From NCBI GenBank assembly GCA_964187785.1, contig OZ076409.1, positions 94,304,001-94,368,000 on the forward strand: 64,000 bases of DNA, in the 5' to 3' direction. The DNA is from Amphiscolops sp. MND2022. Its lineage: Eukaryota. The stretch's first letter is position 1; every line of letters starts with the position of its first letter. The notes under the pieces are model-generated. The model was not told where the DNA came from. It worked only from the letters and a program-made list of their open reading frames with translations, and did not search any database. The position numbers and the translations under genes were made by a program. Below, in pieces: positions 49,981 to 62,784 of the stretch.

Positions 49981-50337
49981 CTGTCTTGAGTTGCCAATTT
50001 ATCACTTTTATGATGCGTTTACTTTTTCCTAATTTTGCTGTTACACGCCATAGATTTGGGTCTAGGAGAACAGACTAACATAGGAGGTTTCGACATGTAA
50101 CTCTGGAAGCACGGTATTTTTTCTGCAGCATTCAAAAAAGTTGATACAGACTATTTTGAAAGTAGGTCTATTCCAGAACAGAAAAGAACGATTGAAAGTA
50201 ACATGTGTGTCCTTACGTGTCATGATTCACGAATCAGTTCCAATTTAAGAGACATCAATTGAAACGACGCCCGCTAAGCACCGGGATATTTTACGCCCTT
50301 TTCGCCCTCACCAACTGAGCCATAGCTATTTTGGGAG

Positions 50338-50509
50338 GGGGAATAGGATCTAAAGAATAAGATCTAAAATTTAGTGATTTTAGATCTTATTCGCTTTAGA
50401 TCTTATTCCCTTTTTTGTTTTTAGATCTTATTCCCTGTAAGATATTTAGTTACTTGACTATTTTAGCTACTAAAATAGTCAAGTAACTAAAAAACAGTCA
50501 AGTAACTAA
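50338..50509. repeat. Two adjacent foldback repeats (TAGATCTTATTC units; perfect 22-bp-stem hairpin 50445-50491)
   Basis: TTTAGTTACTTGACTATTTTAG-CTA-CTAAAATAGTCAAGTAACTAAA. Confidence 0.8.
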
Positions 50510-50634
50510 GTGATGTCGGGAGGAGATTTGGCAGAATTTGGAAAAAAAACGCATCACAGATCATGATTTTCCTCCACCAAATTTATTTGTGGGGTCGGAA
50601 AATAATAAAAACAATTCATTAATAATTTCACCAG

Positions 50635-51012
50635 AAGTAGATGCAATAAAACCAGGTATTTTCTCAACCCTGACTCCCATGGAGGTCGCCCATGAGGAAT
50701 ATTTTCCGTTTTATCTGGCAGCAACTAAATCCAGACACAATCGAGAGTCTGGACAAATGCTCAGGACAACTTTACTGGCCAGTATTCCTCCTTCCTGTGA
50801 AGCAGTGCAGCTGAACATCCTATCTCGCCACGGATCCCGCTTTCCAAGCAGCAGCACCCACAGCGAACTACAGTCATTGCTGAAAAAGTTGAAGCAATCT
50901 GCGCCTCAGGCGAATTTGACCAAATATTTGACAGGGTTTCTAACCGAACTGAAGGCCCAGGAAAGGATTATCAAAGGAAAAATTGATGCCAGTTACAGGT
51001 TATGGCAATGTG
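50635..51012 (+). CDS. MINPP1: Histidine acid phosphatase, MINPP1-like, catalytic exon
   Basis: ATKSRH...SCEAVQLNILSRHGSRFP contains RHGxRxP; CCAG acceptor at 50634, GTAAAT donor at 51013. Boundaries approximate. Confidence 0.8.
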
Positions 51013-52391
51013 GTAAATTTTATTGTCTTGTTTCTTTCTAAAACTGATGGAGCCATCCTGCATATTAGCTAAATTTCAAAAGATTTTGAATTTTTGTCAG
51101 TTTTTCTTGCATTTTTTTCATCACTGCAGCCGTCAGATGAGTTCAGCCGATTTTTGAGTTTTCCTTTTTGGTCGAGAAATTATGGCCCGAAAATGGCATT
51201 AAATGTTGAATTTTGGTTTGAAGTTGGTGCAAAAAAAGTTCTCTCTATTTTCCACTAAATTCCTGTGGTTGTTGAGAGATAAGTAGCTTTAGATTGATTT
51301 AAGAGGAGTCAATTTTTAGGATTTTGCTTGACGTTGGGAAGTAGCGATAAATGCCACTTATCAGCAATTTTCAAGATCGTTTATTTCTTTCATTTTTTTT
51401 CGAATAGAGCTCAATGAAAAGCTTTTGACATGTAGCGTCTCTCGACTGAACCAGTTTTACGCCATAATGCATTTTGAATTATCTTGGCTGTGAAACTGTT
51501 GAATTAGCATGTGACATATTCCTATTTTTTGTTTCGTTCCAGAAAATTGCATTTTTCTGTATTTTTCACTCGATTCTTCCAGATTGATTCAAGTAGAGCC
51601 CATTTTTGAATTTCTGTTTTCATTTTCGAGAATTGTTTGTCAGGAAATTGAGATTAAAATTAAAGTCTTTTTTGGACGACGTCAGATTTTCCGTTTCTAA
51701 TGTAATCCACTCATTTTTTTTCGATACACAGCTTAATTGAATGCTTCTGATATGTAGATTAATTGAATTAACCAATATGGTACACTTGGTGAAAATTTTA
51801 ATTTATCTCTTGAATTCGCGGCAATTTATGGTCAGGCTTAAAGTTTTCGAAAAGTTTTTTTGAGTCGCCAACTTTTTGACTACCGAACCGTTCTTTTGAC
51901 ATGCAGACAATAGTGAAGAAGACAGGTCGCGTGCAAAAGTCTTTCACCTCTAAAGTCACCTAATGTCGTCTTAGAGACATCGTTTCCATAAAGTATGAAA
52001 GTTCTCAAAACTAATATAGAGCTTTGTAATATAACACATCAAATTGGTTGATTTTGATCAGAGTGAGTTCTGACATCACTTTTTTTGCTAACCGCTGAAC
52101 CGCTAATTTCAAAATCGCTATTTCGCTGGAAAACTTTTTCTTCAAACTAATAATTGTTCGAATCCCCGAAAGTTTCAAATATAAACGATAACTTAATTCA
52201 AATTTTGCAAGAAAAACTAAAATTTTTATACTGTGTGGGTTTACAGATGAAGAGTTGGAATTTTTCCAAATTCATTTGAAACTCCATTTGGACATCTATT
52301 AATTGCTGCTAATTTGAATCGCGGAAAAAATTCTGTAATCGCTGATTAACTTTGATTTTGATGCAAGGTTTTTGATGATCCTTCGTCCCAG

Positions 52392-52723
52392 GAAGGCTCA
52401 AGTGCCTTGAATCTCCAAGGCCAGCAAGACATGAAGTTTCTGGCTTCCGTTTATTGCGACATCTGGCCAAAATTGTGCTCCGACGACCCAGAAAAGTTGC
52501 TTTTCCAGACAACGTACAAAGATAGAACCATCGAAACTGCATTCTGGTATGCGTACCAACTACTCAACTTGGCCGAGGATCCTGACTTTCAGTCCGTTTC
52601 CTTGGAAAAAGAAGCCAGGTTCGATCAAGTGAAGCCGTTGGTCGAAAAGCTGATGTTGAAATATACTTTCACAATCAACAGCCAAGATGATGACTTGCTG
52701 AGGTTCTTTGATGCTTGTGATAG
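52392..52723 (+). CDS. MINPP1: MINPP1-like exon
   Basis: LNLQGQQDM..LA, TYKDRTIETA, DDLLRFFDAC motifs; AG|GTTAGT donor, phase 2. Confidence 0.75.
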
Positions 52724-52739
52724 GTTAGTACCTTTTTCA

Positions 52740-53138
52740 CAGGGTTGGAAAAAAAACGATTTTTTTAAAAAAAATCTGTTTAATCCGATTTTTTAAATTA
52801 AAATGCGGATTTTTGATTATAATCATGATTTTTTTAACTTCAGTTGAAAACACGGCATTGCAATCAAATTTCAATTTCTTTTTTGTTTCAATGATGAATA
52901 TAAAAATAAAAAATATAAATTCATCACAAAATTTCGAACATCATAAAACAATTTTATGATATTGAGTTACTCAAGTCACTGATGATTGAGAACTTCGAAA
53001 CGAAACAACACTTCAGCAGCCAGTTTCAAGTAAAGTTGACATATTTTCGATTAAAATAAAAAAACTCAAGAAATCTTTGATTAAAATCAGATTAAAATCA
53101 ATGAATATAATCAGCTTGATTAAAATCTGCCAACCCTG
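52740..53138. mobile_element. hAT-type MITE in intron
   Basis: TIR CAGGGTTGG/CCAACCCTG, perfect 8-bp TSD CTTTTTCA, GATTAAAATC repeats. Confidence 0.9.
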
Positions 53139-53873
53139 CTTTTTCAGCATCCGATTTTACTCTCTGTCAATGTTGGCATTAACAAGAACTTGCTCAAAAC
53201 ATGGATGCTTTATGTGAGAATTAACTGAATTCGCACTTCTATCGCAAAATTTGAAAGAAAAAGATTTTTCAGAGAATCAATCTGCATTTGTAACATTCAA
53301 TCGCGCAGATTAGTTTAAAATGAAATCTTATTGCAACTTGTCAGTGGGAGTTACACATTTTCATTTTCGTGGGAAATGTTTTGCTGAGCCTTGTTGAGGC
53401 GGCTATTTTCATATGCGCGTAGCCTTTGCTGTAGTTTTTCTGCAGTCGTGAAATTAATAGGCGACGTTGTTAAAGAATGAAGAATATGACGAGATGGGAA
53501 CGTCTAAAGTGGGTGCCACGCTTCAGGCTCAAATAGCGCAGTATTTAAAATGTCAAGAGGTGTTGAGAAAATTGAAAATTTCATAGTGCCGAAACATGAA
53601 ATGAGATTTTCTATACGAAAAAGGCCCTGTGTGTACTGAAAATATTCAAAAAACCAAAAGGGACCAATATTCCTTAAAACCTCAGAAAGTCTTTCGGAAA
53701 AAAGTTGTACAGTTTTGAAAAAAAACTTTTGGAAGTGTTTAGCTTTCTAATTTCAATAAGCTTTGAACTGGTATAAAAGTCAATGTTGCTATTTGAGCAA
53801 AAAAAAGGCTCCCCACCGTTTGGTTGACACAGATGTCACTTGCAATAGTTTGTTTCAGTAGTGCAGTTGCAAA

Positions 53874-56462
53874 TAGGGCTGTCGGCGGTTATAAAAAGAC
53901 CGTAACCGGTTACCCGATATTACTTAACCGGTTAACCGAACGGTCTAGAGCTTTTCAATGAAAACAAAAATTTTTACAAACAAAAACAAATTTTAATTTT
54001 AAATGAAAGTGCAATGCAAATGAACAGAAGGTGAATTAGCAGAAAGAATAGATAACAGAAAAACTTTCATATAACACAATTAAGTACAACAAAATAGTCA
54101 AATAGTCCAGCTAATGATTCATTTTTTCACCAAGGGCAAATGAGAATTTACATGGCAGAACAAAATCATGTTGGCATTTGTAGGAAGGAGAGCCATCCGG
54201 TTATCTCTAAAAATTAAACCTAACCGAGAGAAAAGTCTTTCTGCTGTGGCGCTTGTTGCTGGAATAGCCAAGTAACGTCTAGCCAATATAGAAAAACCAG
54301 GAAAAGATCCTTCGTTTGCCTTCCACCATTTTAATGGGCCAATATCACTAGAGCCCGTATCCAAACGAACTTTTTCACATCGGTATCGATTCAGTCCTTC
54401 TTGCGAATTCTCAAGGTGGGGTTCACGGGTTTCATCAAATTCGCATTCTAAGTCGAACAGTCTAGGCACTTTCGGTTGAATAACTTCTTCTAATTGCACA
54501 GCTTGCTGTTTCAATACATCTGCCTCGGTTTGGTTGTCATTGAGCTTGTCTATTTCAGCCACAATTGTCAGCAAGATCTCTTCCTCCGCTCTTGGAAATT
54601 TTTGTCCCATAAACGAGCATTTTGAAACGGGGATCGAAAACGGAAGCTATTGTATGAACACTCATACATCCCAGAAATGCTTCGTCATTGAGAGAGAATC
54701 GTATTTCAATATTGTCAACAAGCTCATTTCGTATTTGCATGCCTTGTTGTGTTTCTAATTGTATACCAGCGAGTTTATGAATTTGCTTGATAAGTGTCGG
54801 GTACACCACCGAAATAGAGACATATTCATCTCCCTCGAAAAGATCTGTCATTTCGTAACAAACTTCAAAAATTGCCAAAAGTGGCCAAACTTCAAATGTT
54901 CAATATCTTCATTGCAAAAAGCACAGAGCTGGTTAACGTTGGCTTTCTGCTCGACCGAAAGGCCTGTAGAATATTTTGCAGCTGCATTGAAGAATGCAAG
55001 TGCTGGATTTAATTTCAAACACGAGGTAACCAATTATAAGCTGTGAATTCCACCTTGTATGTACGGGTAACTGAAATTCCCACTTGTTATCACTTCCAGA
55101 CAAAAGCTGATTTTTCATCTTTCTAAGCTCTGAACTCAAAATTTCTGATCTTTTAAATAACTTGATGCAATCTTGTACACGACCCAATAAGTTTGAGAAG
55201 TTAGTGGTTTTGCTCACCTGAGTATCTTTAACGGCCAGGTCCAACAAATGAGCACAGCACCCAATATTGATTTTAACCTGATAGCCTTTAATAACTGCAG
55301 CCAACATATTTGCTGCAATGTCGGTAGTTGAACAGTGAAAGCTTAGTCCAAATTCACTTGCAGTGTCATTTATGAGATGGGCTAGTTTGTTTGCTCTATG
55401 TCTGTCTTGGGCACTGTTTTGAAGTGATAGCATTTCAAATTCCAATCCAAGTCGATAAAATGGCAGTTTAATGAAAAAAAAACGTGCATCTTGGAGTTTG
55501 TCCAGCCATCGCAAGAAGTCGAAACTCCCTCACGAACCTTGTCCGGCATATTTGCTCAAAAAAATCTTCAACTGCTGAGATGAGTCTGCAAACTTGACCT
55601 TGATATGCGCCATGATTGTTTGATGAGATGGGGGCTGGTAATTTTGTTCAGTAAATTTAGTAGGCCCGCTTGCATGCATTCTCGCAGAATGAAAGAGGAA
55701 GTAAGTCATCAGTAACACAGTTGACAACCAGCTTTGTAATTGCCTCAGCTCTACGAGAACATGCTATTACCGCCTAACCAGATAGCCATTCATCCATTAG
55801 ACCCTCTCGCTCATACCACTTTGTTGCTGCTTGTCGGCCTTCACAAGTAACCATCACTGTTCGCCCTGAAGGGTCCTAATTAACAGAGGCAGATTCTGGG
55901 TTCTCTTTTGGGTCACTTTTTCCATGAATATTTTTAAATGGTGTGATTAGAGAGCCATTTCCCCCTGTACGGGATTTTTTTTGTTGTTGGGACACAAAGT
56001 GCACGTAACTCTGACATTGCTAATCTTCGTAAAGTGCGACCAAATCCATGAATTGTCACCCATATCTGAAATTGTTCGTAACTTAGATAAACATAAAATA
56101 ATTCTTTGTTAAAAGGTGTTTAAATAAGGACTACGTAGTGAAAACCTCGTATAATTACAGTAAAATGTAGTTCGTTGTTCAGACTGTAGAGGCAGTGCGT
56201 GTTTAAATAAGGCGGGACGAAATTGATGTACTAACGAATAAAATGATATTGTAAACATCAAGTGAGTGAGCTAATAATTAAACAGCTCGAAAGTGAGTGA
56301 GCGGAAAGCGCGTTTAATTGACTTTTGATGCTGAGCTGCGACAAAATAAATTGCTCGCAAATAACATACATGTACGCGTACGTCAACATTTTTTCGAATA
56401 ACTGGTTATGGATTTTTTAACCGGTTACGTACTTCATAACCGGTTAACCGCCGACAGCCCTA
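53874..56462 (-). mobile_element. hAT transposon with decayed transposase
   Basis: 18-bp TIR TAGGGCTGTCGGCGGTTA; TSD GTTGCAAA/CTTGCAAA (7/8); AACCGGTT subterminal motifs. Confidence 0.92.
54119..56063 (-). pseudogene. hAT transposase, frameshifted
   Basis: BED start MGDNSWIWSHF..CTLC; TTDIAANM, CCAH, TRWNS, PLKWWK, IPATSATAERLFS. Confidence 0.9.
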
Positions 56463-57307
56463 CTTGCAAATGGTCGACTTAGTGATTTGAATAAATTCAT
56501 CGTATGAAACATACAACAAGACAGGAACGTCTACAGTCGGCGCCACGCTCAATACTCAAAAAGTGTAATTTTTAATAATGTTCTGTTTATGGAAAGTTTG
56601 AAAAAATTGAAAGCGCCAAAACATATTCGAAAGGGCCCCTTTTTGTGCACAAAAAAGGATTTTTTGACTGAAAATATCCAAAAAATTTGAAGCGTGACCC
56701 TTCGGTGAAATGACGTTTTTAATATTTGTGCGGTAGCAGGAATATTATTGAAATCTGAATTATTGATTTTGTTCCAGTTCAATTTTTGTGATTCCGAGTA
56801 CCTACTAAAAATTCGATTACACTGAATTTTGTTCGGTGAGTATAAACGTGAGATTTAAATTTCGTTTCTCGTGCGATGGAATGAGCGAGTGGTAATTATT
56901 CATTCGTACGCCGAGTTATTGAGATGAAGCGAACGAGTGTTAATTATTCGTTCGCCGAAAGCTTCGCCTGCATTCAAATGCGAATGCGAAATTTCGTCTA
57001 CGCTTAGTAGTTATATTTACCTTAGTCTGAGAAGAATTAAACTGGTAGAGTGTTTAATTGTGCGCCACTCAAATGAGAAGATATGCTTCTATTATTTGAT
57101 ATGAAAGCCTAAAAGCAGAAATAATACCGTGCCCCGTAGGGACCTATTTTTCATAAAATACGCACAGTTCTTTAAAAAACCCAGTGGGAAAACTTGGTCA
57201 TATACAATGGATCCATTTATAGTGAACACACTTTTCGTGAATAACTGGATATGGTCTGCATGTACGGTGGTCGAGGCTCATTCACATAGAACGTTTATAG
57301 TGAACAC

Positions 57308-59749
57308 CTGATGTGGAACCAAGCACATGATTTGTGGCCGGGCCGGGCGGGCTTATAGCCGGGCTTTTTCGAGCTTAATTTTTTTTCGGGCCGGGTATAA
57401 CAATTCGGAAAATAAATCGAAAAATTAGGCAATAATTTGGGCTATATAAATTGATTCCGTTTATTTGCTCGCTGTAAATTTAGACGGTAATTGAACAAAC
57501 AAAGCTTTCACTACACAGTGATTGGATACAGCATTGGATACACAAACGCAATCACAAAATGGTTCATATTATTAACCAATAAGTGAATTGAGAATACGTT
57601 TTTACCGTGGTTTACAATCTAGTATACATTACATTTCATTGTTAAAACGTACATATAAAGCCGAAATGTCTCTTAATTCAAATGAAATATCTCAGTTACT
57701 CAAACAAAATTCCGATCGTGTTATTTTATCATTGAACCCAAGTGGACGGTCTGAAGTTTGGAAACTGTTCAGATTTATTTCATTGGATGGCAATATTCAA
57801 AAAGGGTTATGTGCGTGCAAGAATTGCTTCAGTGTTTTGAAATGTAATACTGAAAACGGAACAAAGCACCTAAAAAGGCATCAAAATAGTTGTCATCCGT
57901 TTACATTAAGCGGAAAACAACCAACAATATCTCAATCAATTCCCTTAGAATCCAATGCGGAGAAAATAACGAGTGCTGACAGATTACGACTGAAAAATGC
58001 TCAAGCAGCGTTTGTAGTTTTGGACAATCACAGCTTCAATTCCCTAGAAGGAAAAGGTCTTAAGCAGCTACTGCAACAGTATGTTTCAATGGGCGCTTCG
58101 CATGTTTTATTCACTGTTCACTTGGCACACGCGGAAGAAGGAAATCACAGCGGAACATTATTTGGTAGAAAAACAATTACGTGTCACGTTAGTATTTGTC
58201 TTGTTCCAAAAGCAATCGAAACACTCAAACAAGTACTTGCATTACCAATAAAAGAAGATTGTATTTCCCTTACAACTGATATTTGGACAGACAGCTTTAC
58301 AAAAGAAAGCTTTCTTGATGTTGATGCATTCTGGATTGATTATGATTGGAAACTTAAGCACTGTCTTCTCGGTGTAGATCATTTTGGATCCGGCGCTCAC
58401 ACGGGGGAGCAAATAAGGATTAAATATTTGGACAAGCTTGGATTCTTCGGAATATCAGCTTGCCGGGTCCCAGTTACCACTGATCATGGATCAAACATGG
58501 TTTCTGGATTGAGGAATGAGCCGCGACTCGATTGCATGGCGCATCGAACTCACACTGCTTCATCGACAGCTTGGTTCAAATCGCTTCTAGAATCGGAGGA
58601 TCTTCGAGCATTGGATAACATCGCATCGGGAATCTGCAACAATGTCCGGAAAGCAGCGGGGATACAGGAGCAACTGAAAAAATCATTGAAATTGGGCTCT
58701 GACACAAGACCCTGGACTGGTCTCCACTCAAGGCATCTGGCACTTGCTGATTCCTATGCATCCCTTGCACCTGCGCTTATTGAGAAGTGTAAAGAAGCTT
58801 CATTGTCTGGATTCAACCGGGAACTAAACAAGGAACTATCTCAATTTCTTGGGAAGTTCACGAAGTTTTTCGAGGAGCTACAGTCAGCTACTAATTCAAC
58901 CATTCATCTTGTGGCTCCAGGTTATTATGTAATGACTCAATTTTGTGCTATATCGCAATCAGATAGTTCCGCAATCATACAACTCAAGACCAATGTTCAA
59001 AAAGCGATTGATGAAAAATATTTTCCAAGCATTTCCGGACTTCATTGGCTAGCCTCTTTTCTGGACCCCTCTTTTAAAACATTCCAATTTGTACCAAATG
59101 GACGATCGCATGAAGAAAGACAGTTTAAATCTCAATTGCTCGAAGATGTTGAACAGTTGGCTATGAATTATCTTGGCTATCATGTGAAAGAATTTGATGC
59201 TCTACCCAATACGGAAAATGACGTTCTCGCATCTGTTTTTGATTTCTGTCGGGTCGATTCCAACGATGGTATGGATAATGCTAGATCATTTGACGATGCA
59301 CAACATGAGTTACAGTTGTACAAAGCAAAAGCGCACAGGTCTCCAGGTGACCGCCGCAATCCCCTTTCATTTTGGAAAGGAAGCGCAGCAAAATTCCCTA
59401 TGCTCAGTGCAGTTGCTAAAGAAATATTCTCAGCGCAAGCAACCAGTGCTCAAAGCGAACGAGATTTTAGTCAAGCGGGTCTTATTCGCACAGCTCGTAG
59501 AGCCCAGATGTCTGCTAAAAAACTGTCTGATGTTGATTTTTTGAATTCTGTTGTAAAATGTGGGATTTTTGATTTCTCATAATGCTTATACCTGATAATC
59601 ATTAACAATTTACTTTCGGGCTTCAAATTCGTTTTCGGCCAGTTACGTCGGGTATCAAAAATGTTCAAAATTATTGGGCCGTGTTAGGATTTTTGTAACG
59701 GGCTCAGGCCGGGCTTCGGGTAGGAAATCATGACCCGGTTCCAACTCTG
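57308..59749 (+). mobile_element. hAT transposon (Ac/Hermes-like), potentially autonomous
   Basis: Perfect 8-bp TSD GTGAACAC; imperfect TIRs CTGATGTGGAACC vs CAGAGTTGGAACC (reverse complement of right end); CCGGG subterminal motifs. Confidence 0.9.
57666..59582 (+). CDS. hAT transposase, intact 638 aa
   Basis: BED finger (VWKLF..CKNC..HLKRH), SLTTDIWTD, TTDHGSNM, CMAH, PLSFWK, ATSAQSERDFS. Confidence 0.93.
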   Translation: MSLNSNEISQLLKQNSDRVILSLNPSGRSEVWKLFRFISLDGNIQKGLCACKNCFSVLKCNTENGTKHLKRHQNSCHPFTLSGKQPTISQSIPLESNAEKITSADRLRLKNAQAAFVVLDNHSFNSLEGKGLKQLLQQYVSMGASHVLFTVHLAHAEEGNHSGTLFGRKTITCHVSICLVPKAIETLKQVLALPIKEDCISLTTDIWTDSFTKESFLDVDAFWIDYDWKLKHCLLGVDHFGSGAHTGEQIRIKYLDKLGFFGISACRVPVTTDHGSNMVSGLRNEPRLDCMAHRTHTASSTAWFKSLLESEDLRALDNIASGICNNVRKAAGIQEQLKKSLKLGSDTRPWTGLHSRHLALADSYASLAPALIEKCKEASLSGFNRELNKELSQFLGKFTKFFEELQSATNSTIHLVAPGYYVMTQFCAISQSDSSAIIQLKTNVQKAIDEKYFPSISGLHWLASFLDPSFKTFQFVPNGRSHEERQFKSQLLEDVEQLAMNYLGYHVKEFDALPNTENDVLASVFDFCRVDSNDGMDNARSFDDAQHELQLYKAKAHRSPGDRRNPLSFWKGSAAKFPMLSAVAKEIFSAQATSAQSERDFSQAGLIRTARRAQMSAKKLSDVDFLNSVVKCGIFDFS

Positions 59750-60489
59750 GTGAACACATGTAGTGAGAATCGGATACCTTATAATATTGTTTTACAACTC
59801 AGACTACAAAGAGCCAATTCTCGGCCAATCAATCAATGTGAAGGAATTGTCGCCCAACTCAAAATCGCCATGAAAGCGGCAAAAGTTCTTGTAGTTTCAG
59901 CGTCCATTTTTAAGTTAGTTGGAGAGAATTCGTTCAGCACAGGGTTCGATGAACTCTTTTGATGAACCAGTAATAATTGCATTTAACATAAACGCTGCAG
60001 AGAAAAGCACACGACACGTTCGGACATACTCTGATGAGCATGGCAAAGAAAATCAAGGCCACAGGAATGCAGTGTTCAATCGCAGAAGTTTTCAGTTTAG
60101 TGAACAAAAATTGTGGTCTATAAAATTATTCCACTGCATAACTTTCTAACTTCAGCGAAACTAAAATGATCAAAGGGTGTTGCTCTGGCATCTTAGGGTA
60201 CCCCTTATACCTTAGGCTAAAAGGCTGTAAAAAGTTGAACCATTTGAAGAAATTCTGTGATCTGCGGAAAAAAGCTAGTTTATGTATTATTTGAGCTAAT
60301 TCTCTTAAAAAACGCCGACTAAATTACCTCAGTACCAATTGGAAACTAGTTGAATCAAAATAGTTGGTTTTGCCAAACTAGGGCCAACATCATTGTGTTT
60401 TTCAGATTGAGCTCTGCTGTATTTTCACCTGATCTCGGTTGGATAAATGTAGCACGGTTTGCCATGATGGATCATAATATACTCTTCAG

Positions 60490-60640
60490 GTACGTGGCTT
60501 CGGTGGACGAAAACGACACAGCTTTGTTTGAGGCTGAGAAGTTTGTGCAATCATCCATCTACCTGGACCGGTTGTCGCAATTCAACCACAGCATGTGTTC
60601 TCTGCACAAGGCCTGCTCTCTGGATCAAGAGCATCTGCAG
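60490..60640 (+). CDS. MINPP1: MINPP1-like exon
   Basis: CTCTTCAG acceptor, phase-compatible with 52723, giving CDR-YVASVDENDTALFEAEKF; 3' boundary has no GT donor. Confidence 0.65.
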
Positions 60641-60739
60641 GAATGATCTTTGAGACTGTAGTCGATAGTTTTATTATTTTAAAAATGGGGAAAACGATAC
60701 ATCAATGATACACTGGAGTTCGTATAAATAGTCACCCCT

Positions 60740-61052
60740 CCCAGGTTTTCAATCTTTGAGATTCTGTGCAGATCTGTAGGATTTTTGCAGCTCTTTGCAG
60801 ATATGTGCAGATCTTATGTGCAGATCAGAATTTTTGCAGATCTTCGCATATATTTGCAGATTCGAAAAAAACTGACATACTCAGAAACACAATAAAAACC
60901 CCACATCGATGTTAAAGGAATAATAAAAATGTTTAAAACTGGAGAGAAGTCATATTTTTGTCGAAATGATGAAAAATTTTCTGTAGCAATCTGTACAGAT
61001 CTGTAGGGATTACAGATCTTTACAGATCTTAAGAGCTCTCGTAAAGTCTGGG
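60740..61052. mobile_element. Small TIR element with CAGATCT repeats
   Basis: CCCAGGTTTT ... AAAGTCTGGG termini, CCT on both sides. Confidence 0.45.
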
Positions 61053-62784
61053 CCTACACTTGACTGAGCTCCTCTAACTAAGATCCCCACTACTGCTAAC
61101 CCTAATTAACTTAGCAGTACTTTAAGGCACCTTACCTTTTCCAATTTCTGATTCGTTTTCCAGTAGCCCATATTCTCTAGCACGGTTTTTTTCAACAATT
61201 CATTGGTACCTAGATTGATTTGAAAGGCACAAGCTTCAGAAAAAGTGAATGTCTCGAAAACAGAGAGAAACGTCTTTTTGCCAAAAACTAGTTATATATT
61301 TCCGAAATTTCGTTTTGGCGGAATCCAGTTTTCCCAAAAGTCCTGGACCCATAGAAGAAAGCAACCCCATACCCTTCCACAACAAGTCCTTGTGCAACAA
61401 ACCTCAATAATACCCTGTTGTTACTACAAGCCCCCGCATGATCGGCAATACCAGACCTTTCAAACGCGCTTTAGTTCATTTCTCTGGTATGCGTAGTTGT
61501 GGAGATAATTTAAAGTTTTTGATCAGATTTTATGAAAATTTGGAAAAACGCCGAGTTCAATTGGGGTTAATTTTAATATATCAAAATATAAGATGCTGCT
61601 CGATCGAAAAGAGTTTCGAGTTTTGCGACAAACATGAAGATTTCTGGGTAGTTTGAATCACCAACAGTGAAATATGAACTCTTCGAACCGGAAGTTTCCC
61701 AAATGGTAATTGGTAGGGAAAATAATTTAGTTACGAGTTACCAGTGACAGTTATCAGTAACCCTCCTCCAAATTAAGACTCCTTGTAATGGTTTGTTGAC
61801 TTTGTTGGACCCCTGTAAATGCAACCCTGGCGTCTAAAAATCTTGCTATTCTTTTGAAACTTCTGCGGCCTGAAATTTTTTTCAGAAGTTCAAGAGAATT
61901 TGAATTTCTTCCATTTGAACTTGTAATTTCAAATAAAATGTTTCCAAATTTGATGCAGTCCAAATTGAACCAATTCTGCTTTTTTCTTCATTTTTGAAGT
62001 GACATTCATTTCTTTGCTACTGACCGAATTGACCGTATCATTGTCTTCGCTGAAATTAATTGTCAGTACAATGCTTCAAGAAAAATTTTTAAAAGTGGGA
62101 CCATGTCATCTATTTCCCCCCAAACTGCGGCGGGAGGGGGGAATAAGACACAAGCTTCAATTACCATTATGTCGACATCGTTTGCGTTGAAATTTTGATC
62201 AATAAAATGATTGATGTCGACATAATCCTATCCATTACATTGACTGTCAGTTAAAAGTTGCGCATTAGATTTTATAGCGGACAAAATTTGCGTTAAAATA
62301 GGGCCTTTTTATACAATTTTAGCTTGCTCCAAACGTAAATTTCTGCTATTTTGGACAATAATATCAAAAAATTATGGTATTTTTTTAACCTGAAGTGTCC
62401 AAACAGTTGTAGAGACAATCCTCTAAGCATATACATTCATAAAATATTTTCGTATTAGTGAAATATTTTTATTCAAAAACAAAATGTGCTTTCGTGTTGG
62501 GGGGATTCCCAACAAGGTGTACCTGGGAGGGAAATAGATGTTATTCAATGGAAAAAACTTCATTATGAACCGAATGTGGGATGTATACGCTGTGAATGAA
62601 ACCTAGATTCCTTGAAAACGTGGCCAAAGTAGTTTAAAAAAAAACTGACGAGATTTTCCATTTTTAAAGAGAAAAGCAATGAATTTGTAAAAGCTTTCGA
62701 ACTGGCAAGGTTTCTCTCATTCAAACAATTGACTTTTTTCGATGAGCGAAGTCAAAGGTCATTTCCGCATGTTTGTATTTGCAG

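Larger units (their letters stand above)
56515..60323 (-). mobile_element. HINE-like element hosting nested insertions, including the intact hAT
   Basis: AACAAGACAGGAACGTCTACAGTCGGCGC at 56515 and matching CGCCGACTAAA at ~60313; pairing of the two ends is inferred. Confidence 0.5.

Noticed and set aside
41750..50300. Short ORFs as host genes
   Set aside because: No recognisable motifs; they lie in AT-rich repeats and paralogous copies do not keep the frames.
57588..57665. TTG-initiated extension of the hAT transposase
   Set aside because: Eukaryotic context; ATG at 57666 precedes the BED finger.
61100..61115. Telomeric repeat (CTAACCCTAA)
   Set aside because: Fewer than two full units; chance level.
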